DNA from: an uncultured Methanosarcinales archaeon
Lineage (GTDB): Archaea > Nanobdellota > Nanobdellia > Woesearchaeales > GW2011-AR9
Assembly: GCA_964344755.1 (NCBI GenBank)
Contig: CAYFOH010000003.1
Coordinates: 1-53,000, forward strand
Reading direction: 5' to 3'
DNA length: 53,000 nucleotides
The translations under genes and the position numbers were made by a program. The first letter of the stretch is position 1, and every line of letters starts with the position of its first letter. Below the pieces are notes generated by a model. The model had not been told where the DNA came from. It worked only from the letters and a program-made list of their open reading frames with translations, and did no database searches. Of the stretch, positions 7,813-16,443 are shown piece by piece.

Positions 7813-9294
7813 TTACTTCTTTACTAACCCAATATACTTCTTAAATTCTTTTATATCTACTATTCCATAAGCATAAACGATTCCTAAATAAACAAGCAAA
7901 GCCAAAGTACAAGAAATTACTAACTCCCACCATTGATTGATAACCAGAATTTCTCGAAAGATCTTAACTACTCCAAAAAAGACAAAGCCAGCAAAAGATA
8001 ACTTTAACCAAACAAACCACGGCAACTTCACTTTAATAAAATGTCTAACCTTATAAGTTGACAATATTAGAGTTATTAGGTAACTTAAAGTGGTGGTCAG
8101 AGCGGCACCCTCAATGCCAAAACGCGGTATCAACAAGATATTTCCCACAATATTGAACAAGGAAACGAAAATAATAATTTTAGCTACAACCTTTGGATAC
8201 CCAATAGCAGAAATGATGCTGTTGTTAACTGTAGCTACGACATAAACAAACATGCCAAACATCAGAATTTGTAAAGCTAAGGTTCCAGACACATATTCTG
8301 AACCAAAAAATGTTTTAATTAAAAACCGGGAGAAAGCAAAGATACCAATAGCTGGGGGGATTACTAAAACAAACAGATAACGATGCAACATTTTTAATCC
8401 CTCTCGCATTCTTGTTTTATCTTTTCTAGCCCAAAGTTCAGAAAACATGGGGAAAAAAACTGCAGAAATAGACCCCCCAAACTTTAAAAAAATAAGAGCT
8501 GAGGGTAGGACAACATTGTAAACTCCAACTTCAGCTAGAGTTCTATATTGTGTTAAAATAAGAGTATCAATATAACTTATGAATTTCCCTGCTACACCGG
8601 TAGCAAAGACAGGCACCCCGTAAACAAAAATCATCTTAGTTGTGGGCCAAAAATCTTTTAATTGATGTTTTAAGAAAGGGGCTTTTTTAAACAAAAAGGG
8701 AGTCATGATAATAACTACAAGGTAACAGACAGAAGCCCAAGCTAAAGCTGCGGCTAAGACGCCAAAGCCAAAATAGAAAAACATACTAAACAAGCCTAAT
8801 ACAAACAAATTCTTTAAGAACTCAAACATGGCATATAATTTCATCTCTTGGTAACCACCAGCTATAGCTCGATAAATTCTAAAAATAACGCTACCAAAGA
8901 TATAAAAGACCATTATTAAAAGAACACGTTCAGCCGAAGGATCTTTAAAATAATTCTTTGCTAAATAACTATTAAGAAACAAAAAGATGGTTACCATAAC
9001 CAAAGAACTAAGCATTTGGAAGGCTACAACAAAAAAAATACCCGACTTGATTTTACCTTGCTCTCTATTAACAAGAAACTCTGGGATATACTTAGAAACC
9101 GCTTTCTCCATCCCTAAGTCTCTAAAGAAAAGGAAGAACATGATTAAAGTGAAAACAGCGCTAAACAGGCCATATTCGGTTGCTGACAGGCTTCTAGCCA
9201 TGACTATTCTTGTGATGTAAGCTACCACAGAAGACAGAATACCCATAACAAAAACTATACTAATTCCTTTAACAGCTTTTTTTGTATAATTCAC
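7813..9294 (-). CDS. wzx: Wzx/RfbX-type polysaccharide flippase (MOP superfamily)
   Basis: 493 aa, hydrophobic throughout with about 14 predicted TM segments. Length and topology are typical for O-unit/oligosaccharide flippases. A GTG start is implied. Confidence 0.7.
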   Translation of the reverse strand: MNYTKKAVKGISIVFVMGILSSVVAYITRIVMARSLSATEYGLFSAVFTLIMFFLFFRDLGMEKAVSKYIPEFLVNREQGKIKSGIFFVVAFQMLSSLVMVTIFLFLNSYLAKNYFKDPSAERVLLIMVFYIFGSVIFRIYRAIAGGYQEMKLYAMFEFLKNLFVLGLFSMFFYFGFGVLAAALAWASVCYLVVIIMTPFLFKKAPFLKHQLKDFWPTTKMIFVYGVPVFATGVAGKFISYIDTLILTQYRTLAEVGVYNVVLPSALIFLKFGGSISAVFFPMFSELWARKDKTRMREGLKMLHRYLFVLVIPPAIGIFAFSRFLIKTFFGSEYVSGTLALQILMFGMFVYVVATVNNSIISAIGYPKVVAKIIIFVSLFNIVGNILLIPRFGIEGAALTTTLSYLITLILSTYKVRHFIKVKLPWFVWLKLSFAGFVFFGVVKIFREILVINQWWELVISCTLALLVYLGIVYAYGIVDIKEFKKYIGLVKK

Positions 9295-9315
9295 AGTCTA
9301 AACTTAATTTCGTCA

Positions 9316-9327
9316 TTTTTAAAATAA
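9316..9327 (-). promoter_or_regulatory. Putative TATA-like element for the flippase gene (start 9294)
   Basis: The minus strand reads TTATTTTAAAAA about 22 nt upstream of the GTG start, in a divergent 84-nt spacer. Confidence 0.3.
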
Positions 9328-9349
9328 CCTTACAGCAAAATCATAACTA

Positions 9350-9356
9350 TTATAAA
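9350..9356 (+). promoter_or_regulatory. Putative TATA-like element (TTATAAA) 23 nt upstream of ATG 9379
   Basis: Divergent spacer 9295-9378, second A/T element with the same spacing rule. Confidence 0.35.
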
Positions 9357-9378
9357 GAGATTTTTTACAAGATCTAGA

Positions 9379-10602
9379 ATGAAAGTTCTTTTTGTTTCAG
9401 AATACTTTACCCCCTTCATTAAAGGTGGTGGGGAAATTAATCTTTTTTTGTTAGCTAAGGAATTAGTGAAACAAGGAGTACAGGTAAGTGTAATAACTTC
9501 ATACTTTGAGGGTTTGCAGAAGTATGAAGAAATTGAAGGCATACAAATACATAGAAAATTAAAGACAGGAAAAGATCCAAGCAAGCTTCTTAGTAATGTA
9601 AAAAGAAGCTTAATATTTGAAAAATCAATATGTGAAGAAGTTAAGGCCATCGCCGAGAGATATGATTTAATTCATCTCGTTGGAGCGAGTGTGGGGGCAG
9701 CCAAAAATCTAAGTCGATTAAAGATCCCCCTAATAGCAACCGTTGAAAGTTATCCTTTTTTATGTCCTAAGGGAGATAGAATTTATCATGGCAAAGACCC
9801 GTGTCGAGAAGTTTGCACATTTAACAAGTTTGTTAATTGCCAAAATAAATGTTCAGAGATTGGTAAAATGCGAAACAAAGCTTACCTAAAATATAATCCC
9901 TTCTTCTTGACTAGCCTTTTTAGAAGATATCAAAAATTAAATGATGCATTAAGCTATTGTAATTTAACTGCTATTAGTAAATATGTTAAGTTATTATTAG
10001 AACAACATGGTTATCAAAGCACAATTATTCCTAATGGACTAGACTTAAAAAAATTTCATATTAAAGAAAAAGAAAAGAAAATTGTTTACTTAGGATCACT
10101 TAATAGATTCAAAGGGCCACAATTGATTTTAGAAGCGGTAAAAGGTTTGGATTACAAAGTTGAGTTTTATGGGAAAGGTCCCTTAAAAAAATATCTAGAA
10201 AAAAAAATAATAGAATATAGGATCGAAGGAAAGGTAATTTCACAGGTCCCCTACGACAAAGTTCCAGAAATTTATGCAAGTGCAGCAATTGTTGTTTTCC
10301 CTTCTATTTGGCCAGAGCCATTTGGTAGAATTTCTATTGAAGCAATGGCTGCTGGCAGTTTAATTATTGGGTCAGAGGTTGGTGGAATCAAGGAAACTAT
10401 ACCACAGGGTTTAGGTATAAAATTTCGTCCAGGAGATATAAAAGAGCTAAGGGAAAAAATAATTAACTTTAAAGATAGTCCAGAATTGCAAGTAGCAAGA
10501 AGAAATTATGTTAAAAGAAATTATAGTAAAGAAATTGTTGTTAGGAAATTAATTGATTTTTATAATCAAATAAAGGTAGTAAAGACCCTAAACGCTGATT
10601 AA
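9379..10602 (+). CDS. GT4-family (GT-B fold) glycosyltransferase
   Basis: C-terminal EX7E-type region EPFGRISIEAMAAGSLIIGSEVGGIKE and N-terminal MKVLFVSEYF. Confidence 0.8.
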   Translation: MKVLFVSEYFTPFIKGGGEINLFLLAKELVKQGVQVSVITSYFEGLQKYEEIEGIQIHRKLKTGKDPSKLLSNVKRSLIFEKSICEEVKAIAERYDLIHLVGASVGAAKNLSRLKIPLIATVESYPFLCPKGDRIYHGKDPCREVCTFNKFVNCQNKCSEIGKMRNKAYLKYNPFFLTSLFRRYQKLNDALSYCNLTAISKYVKLLLEQHGYQSTIIPNGLDLKKFHIKEKEKKIVYLGSLNRFKGPQLILEAVKGLDYKVEFYGKGPLKKYLEKKIIEYRIEGKVISQVPYDKVPEIYASAAIVVFPSIWPEPFGRISIEAMAAGSLIIGSEVGGIKETIPQGLGIKFRPGDIKELREKIINFKDSPELQVARRNYVKRNYSKEIVVRKLIDFYNQIKVVKTLNAD

Positions 10603-11362
10603 TATAAGTCAGATCCTCTGGTCCAAAATAACTCTTATACCCGCCAACCTTACCTTTTCGCATCTTATAACTATTTCTATCTTCTTTATTTGTAGGTGTT
10701 AAGCGATGATCTGAACCAAATTTACTTGAAGCTTCCATTTTAAGCATGTTATTAAAAGAGCTTTGAGAAACAGCTTCCTCAAGTAAAGCCTCGTCAATTG
10801 CAACATCCAAAAACTGTAATACTCTTTTAAGTTGCAAAGAGGTACTTTGATGCAAATCTTCGTATCTCACTAAAACAAAATCATCGGGCCTTTTTTGCAT
10901 TTCTTCCCCCCATAAATTCATAAACTGAACTATTTTAGGTAACGTAAAGTCTTCCCTAATAAATGAACTAAGGGATTTCTGGTAACCTAACTTTCTTCTT
11001 TTGCTCCACTCAAAAAAGTAAGAAACTAAAACATCCTTAGGGTCTCTGACTAAGAAAATTATTTTCTTCTGATGTAAATTTTTAGTTATACTTAACGGCT
11101 TAGTTCCACCATGTTTAGCATAATTGCCAATTCTTGGATCTGTAGAAATGTTTGGTAAATCTTTCCCAAAAGTCATCTTGTAAAGGTCTAAATTTAACTT
11201 AAGGTTGTACTTTAAAGAAAAGTATTGAGCTAATAACATCCTTAACCAAGTTCTACCTGATTTAGGAAAAGAGATCAAATACACATCTGCAATCTGACTA
11301 ACTAAATAGTGGTAAGTTTTTTGCACAAGTGGATGAGTTTTAATATTCACAAAGTGTATCAA
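10541..11362 (-). CDS. PAPS-dependent sulfotransferase
   Basis: 5'-PSB motif SFPKSGRTWL and 3'-PB motif FLVRDPKDVLVSYF. The start is uncertain (TTG 11362 or GTG 11350). The 3' end overlaps the convergent GT4 gene by 62 nt. Confidence 0.75.
   Translation of the reverse strand: MIHFVNIKTHPLVQKTYHYLVSQIADVYLISFPKSGRTWLRMLLAQYFSLKYNLKLNLDLYKMTFGKDLPNISTDPRIGNYAKHGGTKPLSITKNLHQKKIIFLVRDPKDVLVSYFFEWSKRRKLGYQKSLSSFIREDFTLPKIVQFMNLWGEEMQKRPDDFVLVRYEDLHQSTSLQLKRVLQFLDVAIDEALLEEAVSQSSFNNMLKMEASSKFGSDHRLTPTNKEDRNSYKMRKGKVGGYKSYFGPEDLTYINQRLGSLLPLFDYKNQLIS
10547..10573. repeat. AT-rich quasi-palindrome (ATTGATTTTTATAATCAAAT core) inside the 62-nt convergent CDS overlap
   Basis: An imperfect inverted repeat centred on TTTTATAA. 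It is translated on both strands into similar peptides (LIDFYNQI / LFDYKNQLI). Confidence 0.6.
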
Positions 11363-11404
11363 AAAAAGTTTTATATAAAAATTGTGTAATTATCCCCATA
11401 AAGA

Positions 11405-11412
11405 ATATAAAA
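11405..11412 (+). promoter_or_regulatory. Putative TATA-like element (ATATAAAA) 21 nt upstream of ATG 11433
   Basis: Located in divergent spacer 11363-11432. A second, palindromic TTTTATATAAAA at ~11369-11380 could serve the minus-strand sulfotransferase if that gene starts at GTG 11350. Confidence 0.35.
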
Positions 11413-11432
11413 GTTAATTATTTCCCATAAGG

Positions 11433-11735
11433 ATGGGAGATAGTCTAGTCTTGAAGACATTTGAAATTGCCTTGAAAAAATACGATGGAAGAAATTCTGA
11501 CTTACAGAAAAGAATATATGAAGCTCAAAAAAGATCACAAGAATATCTTGATAGCTATTTCCAAACAGGTGGTAAGCAAGAGAGATTTGATGGTCATCTT
11601 AATGCTCAAGCTGACTATTATGTTTTAGTTGCTGCCCTGGCTGAGTTGAAAAGAGATTCTTTAGGGAAAGAAGCTAGCCTAGATCTTGCTCTTTTCTTTG
11701 AAAACCTCTATAAAAAGAGAATTAGTGAACATTAA
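11433..11735 (+). CDS. Hypothetical protein (100 aa, predicted helical)
   Basis: ORF bounded by intergenic spacers with its own TATA-like element 21 nt upstream. No recognisable motif. Confidence 0.4.
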   Translation: MGDSLVLKTFEIALKKYDGRNSDLQKRIYEAQKRSQEYLDSYFQTGGKQERFDGHLNAQADYYVLVAALAELKRDSLGKEASLDLALFFENLYKKRISEH

Positions 11736-11774
11736 TCCAATAACCTTTTAAAGAGGAATTAGACCTTTTTTAGA

Positions 11775-12488
11775 GTGACAGATAGAGAAGAATTAGATCA
11801 AATTAACAAAGTTAAATATCAAAAAAATGGGATCATTGGAGTGTTCACAAGAAGGTATATCTCTTCCAATATTACCAAACTTTTAGTTAAGACACCTCTT
11901 AAACCAAATCACATTACTTTTCTATCTCTTATGGTTGGATTGACTGGCTGTTACTTATTAAGTACTGGGCAACCCAACCTGTTAATAGCTTCTGGGATAT
12001 TTATTTTCTTATCTAAAATTCTGGATGGGGTAGATGGAGAAGTTGCCAGATTAAAAAATCTAGTTTCTAAAAGAGGTGGGTGGTTAGATGGAATCTCTGA
12101 TCGCTTCAAAGAAAATGTTTTATTTTTTTGTTTAGCATTAGGTTTATACAACCAATCTGGTGATATTAAATCATTTATTTATGGCTTTGTAGCCATTATT
12201 GCTATCCATATGCTTTCAATAGTTTTAGAACATACTGGGCAAATGGACAAGGGAGCTTTACAAAGAACGCAAGAAGATACACTTATTGTAAAGATTGCCA
12301 AAAAACTAGGTATTAAACCACAGTTTATGGCCCTACAAGCTGACACTTATCTGTTCATAGCTTACGTTGGCATTATGTTAAACCAGTTAGAATTTGTATT
12401 GTGGTTTTTTATGGTTATTATGAACCTTTACTGGTTAGCCATCGTCTTCTTTGTTTATTTAAAGACTGGTAAGGAGGAAGAAATATGA
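11775..12488 (+). CDS. CDP-alcohol phosphatidyltransferase family membrane protein
   Basis: Signature DGVDGEVARLKNLVSKRGGWLDGISDR (D-G-x2-A-R-x8-G-x3-D-x3-D) plus several TM helices. GTG start. Confidence 0.8.
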   Translation: MTDREELDQINKVKYQKNGIIGVFTRRYISSNITKLLVKTPLKPNHITFLSLMVGLTGCYLLSTGQPNLLIASGIFIFLSKILDGVDGEVARLKNLVSKRGGWLDGISDRFKENVLFFCLALGLYNQSGDIKSFIYGFVAIIAIHMLSIVLEHTGQMDKGALQRTQEDTLIVKIAKKLGIKPQFMALQADTYLFIAYVGIMLNQLEFVLWFFMVIMNLYWLAIVFFVYLKTGKEEEI

Positions 12489-13489
12489 GAATTTATTTTG
12501 ATGCCGATGTTGAAGAAAGAAAATACGAAGGTAGATCACAAACATCTATTTTGCTTAAGAGATTTTTAGAAAGTAAGGGGTACGAATTCGTTGATCATCC
12601 TAGGAAAGCTGATTTAATCCAAGTACATAGCAGTGGGATTTTTGCTTCTTTTAGAGCAGCTAAATGGAAAGAAAAATATAAAGTTCCAGTAATTTATACA
12701 TTGTATTCTATCTCTAAAACAGAACCTTTTAACCACTTTAGAAATCACTTCGCGCAGAGACATTACTTAAGAAAGAGAAAAACCAGTTTTGTTTTAAGTT
12801 ATTCCGCAATTTTGCCGTTAAAACTGAGGGGGTTTAACCTTAAAAAATTAGATGTTGTCGTGACCCCCTCAAAATTCGTGAAAAGAAGACTATTTAGAAA
12901 CACTAAGTTGATCAGAATTGGAATTGATTTAAATAAATTTAAACCGCTTGCTTTGCCAAAAAATGAAAAATTGAAAGTTGGTTATTTTGGTCATCCCAGT
13001 GCTTACAAAGGGGTTCTAGACTTTGCAAGAGCTTCAAATAAATTTCCTAGCCATTGGGAAGCTTATATTCATATTTCAGACGTTTCTAAAAGAATGTTAA
13101 GAACATTTAAGAAACTCTGTCCAAAAACAAAAATCTATGGGCATCTGGAAGATATTGCTAAAGCCTATAACGAAATGGATGTTATTGTTCTTCCCTACAG
13201 AAGCCATTTAGCTGGTGTAGCAAACCCGTTAGTATTAATCGAAGCAATGGCTTGTGGAAAAGCCATAATTACAACAAACTTTAGTTATCTAAAAGAAACT
13301 GTTAAAGATTCAGCTATTATTATAAAAACCTACTCACCTCACAGTATTGTTAAAGCCGTTAGAAAATTAGAAGATGAATCATTAAGAGATAGCCTGGGGA
13401 ATAAAGCAAGAAGGATTATAGAAGAAGAATATAGCCAACAAGAGATGCTAAAACAATACCTTGAATTGTATAGAAGATTTGAAAAATGA
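12485..13489 (+). CDS. GT-B fold glycosyltransferase (GT4-like)
   Basis: C-terminal VANPLVLIEAMACGKAIITTNF donor-binding region. ATGA overlaps on both sides. Confidence 0.65.
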   Translation: MRIYFDADVEERKYEGRSQTSILLKRFLESKGYEFVDHPRKADLIQVHSSGIFASFRAAKWKEKYKVPVIYTLYSISKTEPFNHFRNHFAQRHYLRKRKTSFVLSYSAILPLKLRGFNLKKLDVVVTPSKFVKRRLFRNTKLIRIGIDLNKFKPLALPKNEKLKVGYFGHPSAYKGVLDFARASNKFPSHWEAYIHISDVSKRMLRTFKKLCPKTKIYGHLEDIAKAYNEMDVIVLPYRSHLAGVANPLVLIEAMACGKAIITTNFSYLKETVKDSAIIIKTYSPHSIVKAVRKLEDESLRDSLGNKARRIIEEEYSQQEMLKQYLELYRRFEK

Positions 13490-14760
13490 GAACACCCCCT
13501 GAAATTAAAAAGATAATAAAATTATTCTCACAAAAAAAACTTTCCTATGTTTTGTTTAAGTGTGAACATATCTTTGATGGCCAGAATAAAAATCTTGATA
13601 TTCTATTTGAAACAAATCATGATTATCAAAAAGCTTCTACACTACTAAAAAAAGAAGGTTACGTTCTTTTTTTGCCAGAGAAATTAGAGAAATTTAAAGA
13701 AATGTATGTTAAATTTGACAATGTTGTTACAGCTATCCATTTACACCGAAAAATAGCTTGGCATGGCGTTGAAGCTATTAAGAAAAAAAGCGTTTTCAGA
13801 GACTCTAGGGCATTAGACAGCCATATTATTGTGCCTTCTCTAGAGGATCAACTATTAATTCACGCTACCCATGTTCTTTTTGAAAATTTTGCGATTAGCG
13901 AAAGAGAAAGAAAGTATGTTAATTTCGTTAAAATAAATAAAGAAATAGACTGGAAAAAAGAGTTCAATTCTTTTAAGAGAAGTTTTATCACGGGTAAGAG
14001 AATCCCTAAAAGAGCTATTTTAAATTGTTATATTAAAAGAACTGGTTTAAGGGAAGCTTTGTACTTGTTTACAAAATTTATGCGACTGATTCTTAGAAAA
14101 TTAAATCTTAGAAGAAGGGGAACTTTAATCTCTCTTATTGGAGTTAATGGCGCAGGTAAAAGTACAATAACAAGTGAGGTGGTTAGAGAACTTGGTCCCT
14201 TAATGAAGTTTTTGCACATTAAAGCGCACAAGAAATATTTTGGATGGCAACCTTTTACCCCTTGGGCCAAAATGTTATCTAAAAAAATGAAGAAAAAGAA
14301 AGTTTTTAAGAGCAGAGTTGAGGATAAAGAGGTTAAGGGATTTAGTTTATTTCAAGAAGGTTTATTTTTGTACAATTTCGTCGAATACCTGTTCAGATAT
14401 TGGATTAACATCTATCCAAAACTGAGAAAAGGTCACGTTGTGATAACTGATAGGTATTTCTATGACCTTTATGGACAGTATCCTTATGCCACTAGAAGTG
14501 TAGTTATCAACCTCTTAATGTTATTATTTCCTAAACCTGACAAGACCTTTGTTTTAGATGCCCCAACCCAAGAATTATTGCATAGAGAGAAAGAAGGAGA
14601 AGAAAGGAAAATCAAATCTGTTTCTTATTTAGAGAGTCAAAGAAGAAGATATCTAAGTTTAGGTTACCCTGTGATAAATACTGGCTGTGGGCTGTATGAT
14701 TCTGTTAAAGAAATTGTTAACAAAAGTTGGAAAAAGATTATTTGGAAGCAGAAGAATTAA
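13486..14760 (+). CDS. Two-domain protein: nucleotidyltransferase-like N-domain (NTP_transf_5-like) fused to a thymidylate-kinase-like P-loop domain; paralog of 29418-30668
   Basis: P-loop GVNGAGKST (nt 14140-14166), Tmk-like VVITDRY and LFPKPDKTFVLDAP motifs. A Lys-rich insert (KKMKKKKVFKSR) is followed by a hydrophobic helix. The N-domain has LDILFE...EGY...IHLHRKIAW and VPSLEDQLLIHATH. Confidence 0.5.
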   Translation: MRTPPEIKKIIKLFSQKKLSYVLFKCEHIFDGQNKNLDILFETNHDYQKASTLLKKEGYVLFLPEKLEKFKEMYVKFDNVVTAIHLHRKIAWHGVEAIKKKSVFRDSRALDSHIIVPSLEDQLLIHATHVLFENFAISERERKYVNFVKINKEIDWKKEFNSFKRSFITGKRIPKRAILNCYIKRTGLREALYLFTKFMRLILRKLNLRRRGTLISLIGVNGAGKSTITSEVVRELGPLMKFLHIKAHKKYFGWQPFTPWAKMLSKKMKKKKVFKSRVEDKEVKGFSLFQEGLFLYNFVEYLFRYWINIYPKLRKGHVVITDRYFYDLYGQYPYATRSVVINLLMLLFPKPDKTFVLDAPTQELLHREKEGEERKIKSVSYLESQRRRYLSLGYPVINTGCGLYDSVKEIVNKSWKKIIWKQKN

Positions 14761-15764
14761 ATTATTGTTTCCGTAGTTCTATATTCTGGAAAAGGTCTTC
14801 TATTGTCGCGTGGTGGAGAGACTAATTTATTGTAAACCTCTTGATTAAAAATGATATTTCCAACGTGGAAAGGCAAATTTAAAGACGAAAAACCTGACTT
14901 AAATTTTAATAATGCATCGTCCTCACTACCTCCACCGCCCAGATTCAAATACTTAAAACCATTTTTTTTTCCATAGAGGATGGCTTCCCACAACATTAAC
15001 CTTAATGGAGAACATTTAAACTTGTAATTCGTACAACCCAAATGATAATGTAGAATCTCGTGACCTTTTAACATAATAACACTAGATCCTACTTCACCTT
15101 CTTGATTTTCACAAAAAGATAAAAAGCAAGAAAGGTTAAAATGATCTTTAATAAAATTATGATTAAAAAAAAACTTTTTAGGAAGTTGATGTTTTTTCAT
15201 AGTAGAAAGATAGAGGCTAGTAAAAGTTTTTATTTCTTCCAAATTAGGACTTTCAACAAACTTCACTTTTGGAAACAGTTTCTTAGATTTATTTACGTAC
15301 CTCTTTGTGGTCTTGCTTAATTCGGCTTTAATTTTGTCCAATGGTTGAGTAAGATCAACAACAACAACCCTATTAACTTTAAAAACAGGAAATAGATTTG
15401 TGAAGACTTTATCGTTTTTTAAAAAAGGATTAAACCTGATATACTCAGAAACATAATTTTTCTCCTTGGCATACTTCTGATATTCCGCAAAAAATGAATT
15501 TAATGATTCTACCGAATTACCTTTAATTAACGGTCCCGTAAAACCGTAAGGACTTGAACAATCAAAATAATCTGTTAAAGGTATTTCCTTTACTAAATGG
15601 GGCCAAAATACTTTAATCTCATCGTCTTCCCAATAGATTGCCTCAACCTTACCATCAAAAAGTGAATGAAAAGCATGGCGAAAATAAAAATCGTTGTTAA
15701 AATTATTTTCTAAAAGTCTATCCCATTCTTCAGCTTCAGTTACTATCTTCATCTTTAACAGCAA
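14757..15764 (-). CDS. FemAB-like / Acetyltransf_6 GNAT-fold acyl- or aminoacyl-transferase
   Basis: C-terminal YLNLGGGGSEDDALLKFKSGFS motif and ~330-aa two-lobed layout, typical of FemAB-family proteins in glycan loci. Alternative start at 15752. Confidence 0.6.
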   Translation of the reverse strand: MLLKMKIVTEAEEWDRLLENNFNNDFYFRHAFHSLFDGKVEAIYWEDDEIKVFWPHLVKEIPLTDYFDCSSPYGFTGPLIKGNSVESLNSFFAEYQKYAKEKNYVSEYIRFNPFLKNDKVFTNLFPVFKVNRVVVVDLTQPLDKIKAELSKTTKRYVNKSKKLFPKVKFVESPNLEEIKTFTSLYLSTMKKHQLPKKFFFNHNFIKDHFNLSCFLSFCENQEGEVGSSVIMLKGHEILHYHLGCTNYKFKCSPLRLMLWEAILYGKKNGFKYLNLGGGGSEDDALLKFKSGFSSLNLPFHVGNIIFNQEVYNKLVSPPRDNRRPFPEYRTTETII

Positions 15765-16443
15765 CCATTATTGAATGTTTAACTTCTTTTTCCATATTCT
15801 GTAAACTTTTGATCAAATATTCTTGAGAAACGATTTTTAGGCCAGCTTCAGAAATTAAATTAAATAGATCCTTGTGATCAGCAAAATAAGTTGTCCCTTG
15901 ATTAGCAAATAAACCTTCTTTAACATTACCAACAGTGTCTTTATCAACTAAATTTTCTTTGCCATAACCCCAAGAATCTTTTAACAAGTGCCAAGAAAAG
16001 AATTTACCGCCTGATTTTAAAACACGTTTAACTTCACTATATATTTTGGAGTGATCAGAATAAGGTAAACACCAAGCGGTTGCTACATCAATTACAACAT
16101 CAAAACAATCATTAGAAAAAGGCAGTTGTCTAATATCTCCTTGTTTAAACTTTTCAGAAAAATTCTCAAAAGAGAAGCCATCTTCTTCTAAAAAATGTTT
16201 GCACTTCTTTAAAGCGGAAGGAGAGATATCAATTCCATAAACATCAAAACTTTCACGCATCAAAAACCAAACGTTGGCTCCTTGACCGACACCCAGCTCT
16301 AAAATTCTAATATTTTTTCTGTCTTCTTTATTTAACTTAAAATAATTTCTGCCAATAAAACGAACCAACTCCTCATTAGGATACTTACCCCAAGCTCTTG
16401 ACGCATGGATCTCTTCCCAGACATTATTGGAAATAGGTTGCAT
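15736..16443 (-). CDS. Class I SAM-dependent methyltransferase
   Basis: Motif I ILELGVGQGAN, acidic loop YGIDIS and DVVIDVAT. Confidence 0.75.
   Translation of the reverse strand: MQPISNNVWEEIHASRAWGKYPNEELVRFIGRNYFKLNKEDRKNIRILELGVGQGANVWFLMRESFDVYGIDISPSALKKCKHFLEEDGFSFENFSEKFKQGDIRQLPFSNDCFDVVIDVATAWCLPYSDHSKIYSEVKRVLKSGGKFFSWHLLKDSWGYGKENLVDKDTVGNVKEGLFANQGTTYFADHKDLFNLISEAGLKIVSQEYLIKSLQNMEKEVKHSIMVAVKDEDSN

Noticed and set aside
9330-9650. 106-aa minus-strand ORF spanning the divergent promoter and the 5' end of the GT4 gene
   Set aside because: It overlaps a well-supported GT4 CDS and the spacer containing both TATA-like elements. It has no motif and an odd composition.
13486-14760. 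Idea that the P-loop domain is the missing APS kinase (CysC) supplying PAPS to the two sulfotransferases
   Set aside because: GVNGAGKST resembles the CysC P-loop. However, the downstream LDGDNxR and DLGFS motifs of APS kinase are absent, while DRY and PD..LD motifs fit the thymidylate-kinase fold instead.
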